This document shows, piece by piece, positions 38,264 through 46,525 of a stretch of DNA of 64,000 bases. The translations under genes and the position numbers were made by a program. The notes beneath the pieces were generated by a model. It did not search any database, was not told the origin of the DNA, and was given only the letters and a program-made list of their open reading frames with translations. Origin of the DNA: Acidobacteriota bacterium (GTDB lineage: Bacteria > Acidobacteriota > Thermoanaerobaculia > Gp7-AA8); the NCBI GenBank assembly GCA_003223645.1, contig QHVT01000007.1, positions 106,531 through 170,530 of the forward strand. Direction: 5' to 3'. Each line of letters begins with the position of its first letter. The stretch's first letter is position 1.

Positions 38264-41023
38264 ATGAATCGGCGTAACGACGACCAGTGGTGTCGAAGCT
38301 TGGCGGGCAAGATCGTTGGTAAATACAAGCTCCTTGAGTTTGTCGGTGCGGGACGCATCGGTTACGTATATCGCAGCCAACTCACTGACTTGGCCGAGTC
38401 AATGCCCGGAGTGAATCGCGCGGTTAAACTCGTGTTCGACGAGCTCCGACCTGGATGGGAAGTCGAAGTCAAGAAAGTGATGAGCCTCGAACTGATCGAG
38501 GGTGTGGTCCACTTCCACGAGTTAGGCACAGCGAGGATCGATCACAGTGGTGTCACTCACCTGTGCCAGTATACGGTATGGGACTATATTGCGCCGGGCG
38601 AAAATCTACATCAGTACTTAGCCCGTGTAGAGAGGGTTCCGGCTAGCTTTCTCATTGCACTTGTCGAGTCTGTCCTGCGTGTGTTACATGCGTGCGAAGC
38701 GCATGGCGTTGTCCGCCACGGTGATCTTCATGCCGGCAATATCCTGATCGGCGATGAGAAGACGGCACGGCTTGACGATTCTCTGCAACCGCGTGCGCCC
38801 GTTTACGTCTCCGATTTCGGTTATGGTGCCACCGGGGGGACTAAAACGCCGAAGGATGACTATGATGGGCTCGCGAACATCATCAACACGATGATTTCGC
38901 ATGTCGATCATGCGACGGCTACTTCGACTCACCGTCAGATCTTGCGAGCAATGCAGCGTGATCTCGGGAAGCTGCTTAGAGAGCGCGCGGGAGCCGAGCG
39001 CCGTACACCGCTTGAGATCCTTCGAGTTTTAGCCGACATCAGGAAGAGCGCTCAGACAAGCGAGGCTCGCGCGTCGCTTTCGCCAATCAGTTCGACGCGG
39101 CCTACCGGCCCAGTCCCCATTGACGCGCCCTCGGTCGGTCAATTTCAGGTGAGCGAAATGATCGGCGATCGCTGGGAGTGGTGGCAACGACTGTTTGTCC
39201 CCACCGTTCCGGCACGGTCGAAAATCCTCGCGCTCGACATTCCAACCGTCGTTACTGGGCCGCGTGGTTGTGGCAAGACGATGCTCTTCCGACGTCTTAG
39301 CGAGCGGCTGGTGGTGGAATGTGGTGAAGTGCCAGGCCTTCCGATTCAAAGTCGTTTTGTGGCGTTGTATGTGAACGCGAACGACTTCGCGGATGCGTTC
39401 GCCCATTTCCCGGACGCCCCATCATCGGACGACGAACAGCGACTGATTTGTTACGCGAACCTATGCATATTGGCAGATCTCCTTGCTGTACAGTCGGCCC
39501 GCGCCGGCCGGCTCAACGATCCCGCTCCAGACAGTTTGCTCGCTCTAGTGCAACGGTGGCTCATTCCGGATACGTACAACACGCTACTAGTCGGCGAAGA
39601 CCGTTTGGAGCGATACCGCGCTGTACTTGAGCAAATTAAGTGGACCTTCGGCGGTGGTGGCGGAAAGAATTCGTTCCCTGGCTATGCGGAGCTTTCACAG
39701 CATCGATGGCTGACGCGTTTGGTGCAGCAGGCCCGTGGTGCATGCGAATGGATTGGAGATCGTTCGGTGCTCCTCTTTGTGGATGATTTCTCCACGCCGC
39801 GTGTGTCTATTTCAATGCAGCGCGTGCTGAACCGCCTACTATTGCAGCGTTCACCCGACTTCCTGACAAAGGTTGCGACCGAAGCGTGGACAACGTTTGT
39901 CCCAGAAGACTCAACCGGCAAGAATCTCCAAGACGGAGACGACTATCAGCTCGTCGATATGGGCGAGGAATCGCTGTTCCTACCTGACGCAGAACGTCTC
40001 GCTTTTCTGGAGGCAGTGTTCTCGCGGCGTTTGCAGGTCGACCGCCGTGTGCCTGAAGGTGGGGCGTCACTTTCGACCTTCCTTGGACGTAACGGTCTGT
40101 CGAAAGCGGAGTTCGCGCGACGCCTGCGCGTGTCAGTTCACGACCAGGCAGAGTCCGAGCAACCAGCGGTCAGCGGAGTTTCTCAGAGACGAGGCCGTTC
40201 ACGCGGACGAGTTCGGTATTTTGGCGAGGACGTGTTTTCGAACCTGTGGTCTGGCGATACGCGAACGATGATTCAATTGGTCACCGATGTTATCGATCAA
40301 GCGTCGCAGCTGAAGGCGACGCCTGCGACTGACCCAGTGTTACGGCTTCCTGTCGATCCGTCACTTCAAGACCGAGCATTTCGGAATCGGGGCGGCGAAT
40401 GGCTGAATTCGCATACGCGAAATGAACCGACAGATCCTGAGAAGATGAAGAAGGAGCTCGCTCGCGTTCAGGCGGTTCGTCCCGGTTACAAACTGTGCGG
40501 AGAATACGGCGATCATCTAAAAGCGATCGTCGAGGCGTTCGCCGCGGCAGCGACGCAGTTGCTTCTGGGCCCAATGTACAAGATCACCGAGGGCAACACG
40601 ACCCGTGAAGTGCCGCGTATGGCGTTTCGGGTGGAGATCGTCGATGAGTTCCGGATCGACGGGTTAGCGCTGGAGATCTATCGCGACCTTATCCGGTATG
40701 GTCTTTTCATGCGCGACAACCGTGGCAAGAGCGTGCGAGGCACCTTTGTCCCACGCCTGTACCTTCGCCGGTTACTTCTGCCCTACTGCACTCTTGCACT
40801 ATCGAAACGAGACAGCGTCCCCCTTACGTCTGATTCGTTCACACAGCTTCTGTTATCTCCCGATGGTTTTAAATCGTCGTTCGTCGGTCGACGAGCTACC
40901 GGCGACCAAATGACGATGCCCTTTGTTGAACGCTACGAGGAAGAGATCGATCCCGAGTACGATGACTTGGATGACAGCGATTCGGTCGACGACACAGGAT
41001 CGGGACCTGACGATGATGAGTGA
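38264..41023 (+). CDS. fusion protein: N-terminal eukaryotic-like kinase-fold domain + central P-loop NTPase (STAND/NLR-like) + C-terminal acidic-tailed region
   Basis: Gly-rich loop FVGAGRIGYVYRS, VKLV lysine, Brenner motif VVRHGDLHAGNILIG (HGDxxxxN, lacks the canonical STK Lys), VSDFGYG (DFG); Walker A TGPRGCGKTM, Walker B LLFVDDF; terminal DDLDDSDSVDDTGSGPDDDE. Confidence 0.6.
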   Translation: MNRRNDDQWCRSLAGKIVGKYKLLEFVGAGRIGYVYRSQLTDLAESMPGVNRAVKLVFDELRPGWEVEVKKVMSLELIEGVVHFHELGTARIDHSGVTHLCQYTVWDYIAPGENLHQYLARVERVPASFLIALVESVLRVLHACEAHGVVRHGDLHAGNILIGDEKTARLDDSLQPRAPVYVSDFGYGATGGTKTPKDDYDGLANIINTMISHVDHATATSTHRQILRAMQRDLGKLLRERAGAERRTPLEILRVLADIRKSAQTSEARASLSPISSTRPTGPVPIDAPSVGQFQVSEMIGDRWEWWQRLFVPTVPARSKILALDIPTVVTGPRGCGKTMLFRRLSERLVVECGEVPGLPIQSRFVALYVNANDFADAFAHFPDAPSSDDEQRLICYANLCILADLLAVQSARAGRLNDPAPDSLLALVQRWLIPDTYNTLLVGEDRLERYRAVLEQIKWTFGGGGGKNSFPGYAELSQHRWLTRLVQQARGACEWIGDRSVLLFVDDFSTPRVSISMQRVLNRLLLQRSPDFLTKVATEAWTTFVPEDSTGKNLQDGDDYQLVDMGEESLFLPDAERLAFLEAVFSRRLQVDRRVPEGGASLSTFLGRNGLSKAEFARRLRVSVHDQAESEQPAVSGVSQRRGRSRGRVRYFGEDVFSNLWSGDTRTMIQLVTDVIDQASQLKATPATDPVLRLPVDPSLQDRAFRNRGGEWLNSHTRNEPTDPEKMKKELARVQAVRPGYKLCGEYGDHLKAIVEAFAAAATQLLLGPMYKITEGNTTREVPRMAFRVEIVDEFRIDGLALEIYRDLIRYGLFMRDNRGKSVRGTFVPRLYLRRLLLPYCTLALSKRDSVPLTSDSFTQLLLSPDGFKSSFVGRRATGDQMTMPFVERYEEEIDPEYDDLDDSDSVDDTGSGPDDDE

Positions 41024-42152
41024 CACAATGCAGCCGCTTTCCGCGGAACATGCTGAGAGCCGAGGCATTGTCTTCGGTCGACTGCCAGTGATGTCGCGTT
41101 GCGACACCCTGACGCTTCACGGCCGCGACCTTATAATCCATGCTCCCGGTTTTGAGGATCGCACGATGGCGATCGCCGGGCTGATCACTGACTCGGCGGC
41201 AGGGCGCGGTATTCTGCTCGATTATCGGCCACTCAATCTCACAAACCGGCTCACGGACGTGCGCGCCGTACTCTCCGGTAAGGGAGTCAGTATCGATGAT
41301 ACCGATATTCTGATCTACGACCGATTCAGCCCGGGAGATTTCGAGAGGCGCTTGGCTGAACGGCTCGCGGTTTGCGATGCCGAGCGCGTGTTCGTTGATA
41401 TTTCGAGTATGTCGAAGTTGGCAATATTGCTTGTTCTGGATGTGTGTCGACGCCTCGGTTTACACATCGTCGTGCTCTATGCTGAGGCTGAACGATACCG
41501 CCCGACGAAAGAAGAGTTTGAGCAGGCTCGACTAGCGAATGAGATTCATCAACCAAGCCTGCAAGTCTTCACTGGTGTGCATGGTGTGGTGAGGGTTGAC
41601 TCTCTGGCCAGCGTGGCGATGCAGGGACAGCCTACGGCGGCATTGGTCTTCATGTCTTTCAACGATGTACTAACACAGGTTCTGCTGAACACCGTTTTCC
41701 CCGGTCGCCTCTTTTTGATTAACGGTCGACCGCCAGTGCATTCATGGCGAGAGGCTGCGACGGCGTGGATCCATGCTCAGGTTCGCTCGGAATGGGACGA
41801 AGACAACCCCCAGAGTTCGGAGTCCGATAGTTTGTTGCCGCTGCGAACCACATCGACCTTGGACTACCGTGAGTCCGTGCAACTACTCGTGGAGCTTTAT
41901 TGGAGCCTATCCGCGAATCACCGCATCTTACTGGCCCCTTCAGGAAGCAAGATGCAGGCTGTGGCTTGTCATGTCGTGAAATCTCTGCATCCCGACATAC
42001 ACATCGAATATCCGTCGCCAGAGGGTTTCGTGCCGGAGTACAGCACTGGTGTGGCGGCCGTCTGGTCGCTGGATCTGGGACGATGGCCCGATACGTTGGC
42101 GTCGATCGCGGAAGCTGAACGGCAAACATACCTAGAGATTCCCCCATGCTAG
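41012..42152 (+). CDS. hypothetical protein (block 2, gene 3), translationally coupled on both sides
   Basis: ~380 aa from MSDTMQPLSAEH; no motif recognised by eye. Confidence 0.45.
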
Positions 42153-43183
42153 GCAAGGGTTCATCACGTGGACGGACCCCCGGCACGAAGCGCGCGCGCG
42201 CGACGCGTGGTGAGCGTACAGGCCAACCTAACGGTGCGAAAGAATCGACCGACACTGACCGGGATTCTCCATCAGCTCTCACACGGCCGAACCAACCCGC
42301 AATAGATGTCATTTTAGGGCGGCCTTTTCGCGTGCTCGATGACGGTTTCGCTCGCGTAATTGATTACATGGGCGATGATGCCGCTATCGTTCAGGCGGCC
42401 CGAGTGTCATATGGTCGGGGTACGAAGCGCGTGCACGACGACCGGGGGTTGATCAGGTATCTAATGCGACACTGGCACACGACGCCGTTCGAGATGTGCG
42501 AACTCAAGCTTCACGTGCGAGTCCCGATGGACACCTGGCGGCAGTGGATCAGGCACCGGACGGCGAATGTGAATGAGTACTCGACACGGTATTCTGTTGC
42601 GATTGACGCGGCGCAACGCACAGCACCGGATGCTTGGCGACTGCAAGCACCGGGAAACCGCCAAGGAAGTGCGGGCCGCGTAGCGTCTGCCGTTGGTCAA
42701 CGCCTAACGGAGTCGGAGCGACGTGTACAGAAGCAATCGCGCAGCGTGTACGAGGAGCGGCTGGCGGCTGGCGTTGCACGTGAGCAGGCACGGAAGGATC
42801 TTCCGCTATCCACGTACACGGAAGCATACTGGAAAGTGGATTTGCATAACCTGTTGCATTTTCTCCGGCTCCGTATGGATCCCAATGCGCAGGAGGAAAT
42901 CCGTGCATACGCGAACGTGATCGCGGAGGAGATCGTCGCGAAATGGGTTCCACTCACATGGGAAGCGTTTCTAGACTATCGGCTCAACGCGTTGCAGTTG
43001 TCGAGCATCGCGGCGGCGATAGTCAATGCGCTGTCTGTTCCGGATCGAGAGCTTGCGTGCCGGATCGCGTCCGAACATGGGCTCCTTCAATCAGATAGTG
43101 AAGGGCACCTTCGGCCGAATCGAGAGAGAACTGAGCTTGAGGCGACACTGTTAAAGCTCGGCATTGACTTGCCATGGCGGTAA
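42146..43183 (+). CDS. thyX: flavin-dependent thymidylate synthase ThyX with ~55-aa Arg/Lys-rich N-terminal extension
   Basis: ThyX signature RHRTANVNEYSTRY (RHR-x7-S-x-RY); N-terminal MLGKGSSRGRTPGTKRARATRGERTGQ... tail; no alternative in-frame start before the catalytic core. Confidence 0.75.
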   Translation: MLGKGSSRGRTPGTKRARATRGERTGQPNGAKESTDTDRDSPSALTRPNQPAIDVILGRPFRVLDDGFARVIDYMGDDAAIVQAARVSYGRGTKRVHDDRGLIRYLMRHWHTTPFEMCELKLHVRVPMDTWRQWIRHRTANVNEYSTRYSVAIDAAQRTAPDAWRLQAPGNRQGSAGRVASAVGQRLTESERRVQKQSRSVYEERLAAGVAREQARKDLPLSTYTEAYWKVDLHNLLHFLRLRMDPNAQEEIRAYANVIAEEIVAKWVPLTWEAFLDYRLNALQLSSIAAAIVNALSVPDRELACRIASEHGLLQSDSEGHLRPNRERTELEATLLKLGIDLPWR

Positions 43184-43189
43184 ACCCGC

Positions 43190-43430
43190 GGTCGTCCACG
43201 ATGCCGGCTTGCTCACCGCGGCCGCGGAAGGTGCGATCGGCCTGCGTACGATCGGTGGCGCCGCCGCCGTGCGCGATCCACGTCCCGCCGCACGCGCGCA
43301 GGATCGGTTCGATGCCGGTCACGTGACCGCTGGCCGGCCGCTGCACGACGACGTTGCCTTCGGCATCCCATTCATGCGAGTACGGTTCGTGCTTCCGCAG
43401 ATCGACCGACAAGCGCAGGCGCCAGGACAT
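43190..43430 (-). pseudogene. 5' fragment (~80 codons) of a high-G+C host gene apparently truncated at the block 2 boundary
   Basis: MSWRLRLSVDLRKHEPYSHEWDAEGNVVVQRPASGHVTGIEPILRACGGTWIAHGGGATDRT... with strong GC3 bias for ~80 codons; track ORF (43023..43430) then continues without stop into lower-G+C DNA antisense to thyX. Confidence 0.3.
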
Positions 43431-43462
43431 CCGCGAGCGATTGTGTGGCTTAGACTCGCCGC

Positions 43463-44020
43463 ATGGGACTCTTGACCTTCAGCATCAACGTCACCCTGGA
43501 CGGCTGCGTCGATCACCAGGAGGGAATCGCCGACGACGAGACACACGCCTTCTTCACGCGCCTCATGGACGAGGGCGGGGCGATGCTGTGGGGCCGCGTC
43601 ACCTACGAGATGATGGAGAGCTACTGGCCGGCGGTCGCCCGCGGCGACGAGGAGGCGCCGCCGGCGATGCGCGAGTGGGCGGTCAAGCTGGAGGCCAAGC
43701 CGAAGTACGTGGTGTCATCGACGCGAAAGGACTTCCCGTGGACCAACAGCCACCACATCGCCGGCGACCTGCGCACGGGCGTGCAGAAGCTCAAGGACGC
43801 GACCCCGGCCGGCGTGCTCCTCGGTAGCGGCAAGCTCGCGACCGAGCTGGACCGGCTGGATCTGATCGACGAGTACAAGTTCCTCGTCCACCCCAGGATC
43901 GCTGGCCACGGCCCGACTCTGTACCAGAGCGGACTGCCCAGCACGCGACGGCTCGAGCTGGTCTCGGCGAAGCCGCTCCGCAGCGGCGCGGTCGCCATGC
44001 ACTACCGGCGCGCGCGCTGA
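43463..44020 (+). CDS. dihydrofolate reductase-family protein (RibD C-terminal domain type)
   Basis: 185 aa; MGLLTFSINVTLDGCVD...MLWGRVTYEMM...GVLLGSGKLATEL pattern of RibD_C/YwjB-like reductases. Confidence 0.65.
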   Translation: MGLLTFSINVTLDGCVDHQEGIADDETHAFFTRLMDEGGAMLWGRVTYEMMESYWPAVARGDEEAPPAMREWAVKLEAKPKYVVSSTRKDFPWTNSHHIAGDLRTGVQKLKDATPAGVLLGSGKLATELDRLDLIDEYKFLVHPRIAGHGPTLYQSGLPSTRRLELVSAKPLRSGAVAMHYRRAR

Positions 44021-44285
44021 CTCAGAGCAGCCCCATCGCGCCCAGCTCGCGGGCCAGCGCGTCGGTTGAAGCTGGATGGGTTCTGCGGAACGTTATCCGT
44101 CGAAGGACATCGCGGACGTTTCCTCTCGAAGACGAAGAAGCCGGTGAGACGTTTCGATCCGCTCGCGAACGCGATCGCGCAGGACGGCTAACTCCGCGCT
44201 TCGATCCCATTGATCACGCACAGCCCTTTTTCAAAACTCCAGCCGCAGCCCCAGCCGCGTTCGTAACCCGCGGCACAAGTAGTCT

Positions 44286-44315
44286 GGACCGGGCGCACTT
44301 CGGTGCGCCCGGTCC
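44286..44315 (+). other. perfect 13-bp stem with UUCG tetraloop
   Basis: ggaccgggcgcac-ttcg-gtgcgcccggtcc; 18 nt upstream of a 47-codon ORF with AGGAAA RBS. Confidence 0.4.
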
Positions 44316-44484
44316 CTTGAAAGGAAAACGCCCATGTCCAGGACGATGTTCACGAAAAAGCTGAAGGCGGAGCCGATCCTTCGCAAACTCGCCGAAACCG
44401 CTCAATGTCCTGCGACCCTCACTGAAACGAGACCGCCGCCTTGCCCAATCAGTTCGGCATCAACTCGGGTGCTATGATCGAGGC

Positions 44485-45039
44485 ATGGTCCGCGATCGCG
44501 CGCGCATTCCTCTTTCTTTCCTCGTCTTTCTAATCATTACTGCACCCGTTCAGGCGAAAGAAAAACCGCAAGCCACGATCCCCCTTTGTCCCGGCCAGAC
44601 GATGTCGCGGCTGGAGCTGACCGCGCCGGCACAGGCGACTTTCGGCCCTGACGAGAACGCAAGACTCAACCCCGGAAAAATGCGCGCGATGATCGTGGTC
44701 ATTCCCGCGGGCCGGTTTGCAAACTTCACGTTCTCGGCCGTGAAGCCGAAGGACGAAAACGCCGCGATTCTTTACGACTCGGAGTTTCATCAACTCGCCG
44801 TGCGCGGTACTGACCCTGCGAAAGGCTTCGAGCCGTTTCGCTATCCGGCAACGGCCCAGCCGACAGACACGATCGTCATCGTCTCGACGTGGGACAAGTG
44901 GCATAACAGGTGGAGCCAGTCCTTCGTGCGCATCGACTCACCGGCAGAAGGTGGCGGGATGTGGACGATTCGGGCAGAGGAAGCGGCGATCCTCTCCGGG
45001 GATTATCGGGACATGATCGTCAACATCACCTGCGAATAG
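44485..45039 (+). CDS. hypothetical secreted protein
   Basis: Signal peptide MVRDRARIPLSFLVFLIITAPVQA; no recognised domain. Confidence 0.5.
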   Translation: MVRDRARIPLSFLVFLIITAPVQAKEKPQATIPLCPGQTMSRLELTAPAQATFGPDENARLNPGKMRAMIVVIPAGRFANFTFSAVKPKDENAAILYDSEFHQLAVRGTDPAKGFEPFRYPATAQPTDTIVIVSTWDKWHNRWSQSFVRIDSPAEGGGMWTIRAEEAAILSGDYRDMIVNITCE

Positions 45040-45092
45040 CGGTGATCGCGGAGCGAGACGCTCCGCGATGGCGGGCGGGACGCCCGCGCTCC

Positions 45093-46445
45093 TCAGGACA
45101 GTTTGGCTACAACCACCGTCACGTCATCGTCCTGCAGCTCGCTCCCGCGAAAACACTCGACGTCTTTGAGGATCGCGTCGCGCAGCGACTCCGCGCTGCC
45201 GTCGTGTTGTTGCACGAGCGCGGCGAGACGTTCGAGTCCGTACGTTTCACCCGCCTCGTTGCGCGTCTCGTAGACGCCGTCGCTGTGCAGCACGAAGACG
45301 TCGCCGGGGAGGAGGTCGATCGTGCGCTGCGGAATCGTGACTGGGAGGCGCACGCCGAGGGGCGGCGCGAAGAGATCGATCGATGCGACGGAGCCGTCGG
45401 CGCGGCGAAGGATGACGGGTGGATGTCCGGCGCTGGCGATGATCGCGCGACGTTTCGCGCGATCGAGCAGCACGACGGTGACGGTGACGAGCATGCGCCT
45501 GCGGCTCGTCTCCGCGACGAGATCGTGCAGGCGGCGCAACACCACGCCCGGATTGTCGAGCGCGTCGCGCAGCAGGGTGAATCCGCTGCGGATCGCGGAG
45601 AGTACGAGGCCGCTGGCCATTCCGTGTCCGGCGACGTCGCCGCAGACGAGGGCGACGCGATCGCCGTCGACGAAGTAGTCGTAGTAATCGCCGCCGACTT
45701 CCGTCGCCGGGATCGAGATCGCGGCGAGGTCGACCCAGTCGAGCGCCGGCGCGAACTCGGGGAGCATGCTGAGCTGCAGCTCGCGCGCGTAGCGCAGCTC
45801 GTCGCGCATGCGGATCTGCTCGCGCGCGCCGGTGCGGCGCTCGGTCCACTCCGATCGCAGCTGGCGGCGCAGACGCCACGCGCCCCACAGCTCGATCGCC
45901 AGCGCGATCGCGTTGATCACGCCGACGCCAACGTAGTAGCCGATGTCGTCGTCGCGCTTGAAGGGATTGCCGACGATCGACGGCATGAGCAGCGCGCCGC
46001 CCGCGATCACCGCGTGCAGCAGCACGTGCTCGGCGACGTGCATCCGGATCGCGACGACGATCCACGGAAACGCGAACGCCCAGCCCATCCAGTTCTGTCC
46101 CGTGCGCGCGTAGACGAGCAGCAGGACGTATTGCGTGATCGTGAACGAGACGACGGTCGCGGTGACGTGATTGCTCAGCCAGCGGCCCGCGAAGGAGGGA
46201 TGCGCGCGATACGAGTTGCGCACGACCCAGAACACGATCGCGATGAGCGCGAGATTCGCGGTGCCGAGGAGGACGTCGAAGATCGTGTTCGTGCGGGGAT
46301 GCGCGACGGTGTGAATGAACGCGACGATCGCGAAGATGATGAGGAAAATCTGGAGCCAGAAGCGGTTCCGTTGATCGAAGCGGCGGCGGACCACCATCTC
46401 GTCGGTGGTGCGCGCGATCTCGTCGAGGGTGTACGGCACGGTCAT
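45093..46445 (-). CDS. membrane-anchored PP2C-family (SpoIIE/RsbU-like) protein phosphatase
   Basis: N-terminal multi-TM region; EVGGDYYDYF, VCGDVAGHGMASGLV, LHSDGVYE, DDVTVVV PP2C metal-binding motifs. Confidence 0.8.
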   Translation of the reverse strand: MTVPYTLDEIARTTDEMVVRRRFDQRNRFWLQIFLIIFAIVAFIHTVAHPRTNTIFDVLLGTANLALIAIVFWVVRNSYRAHPSFAGRWLSNHVTATVVSFTITQYVLLLVYARTGQNWMGWAFAFPWIVVAIRMHVAEHVLLHAVIAGGALLMPSIVGNPFKRDDDIGYYVGVGVINAIALAIELWGAWRLRRQLRSEWTERRTGAREQIRMRDELRYARELQLSMLPEFAPALDWVDLAAISIPATEVGGDYYDYFVDGDRVALVCGDVAGHGMASGLVLSAIRSGFTLLRDALDNPGVVLRRLHDLVAETSRRRMLVTVTVVLLDRAKRRAIIASAGHPPVILRRADGSVASIDLFAPPLGVRLPVTIPQRTIDLLPGDVFVLHSDGVYETRNEAGETYGLERLAALVQQHDGSAESLRDAILKDVECFRGSELQDDDVTVVVAKLS

Positions 46446-46525
46446 CGTTCCGGATGGTAGTTCGAAAATCCGTCGTTTGGAGTTTTGTCACCGGCGTACT
46501 ACGAAGACTTACGTATAAGGCGGAC

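Larger units (their letters stand above)
36580..43183 (+). other. lower-G+C four-gene block 2: MTase - kinase/NTPase fusion - unknown - ThyX
   Basis: A/T-richer codon usage than flanks; last three genes linked by start/stop overlaps (ATGAGTGA at 41012-41023; ATGCTAG at 42146-42152). Confidence 0.5.
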
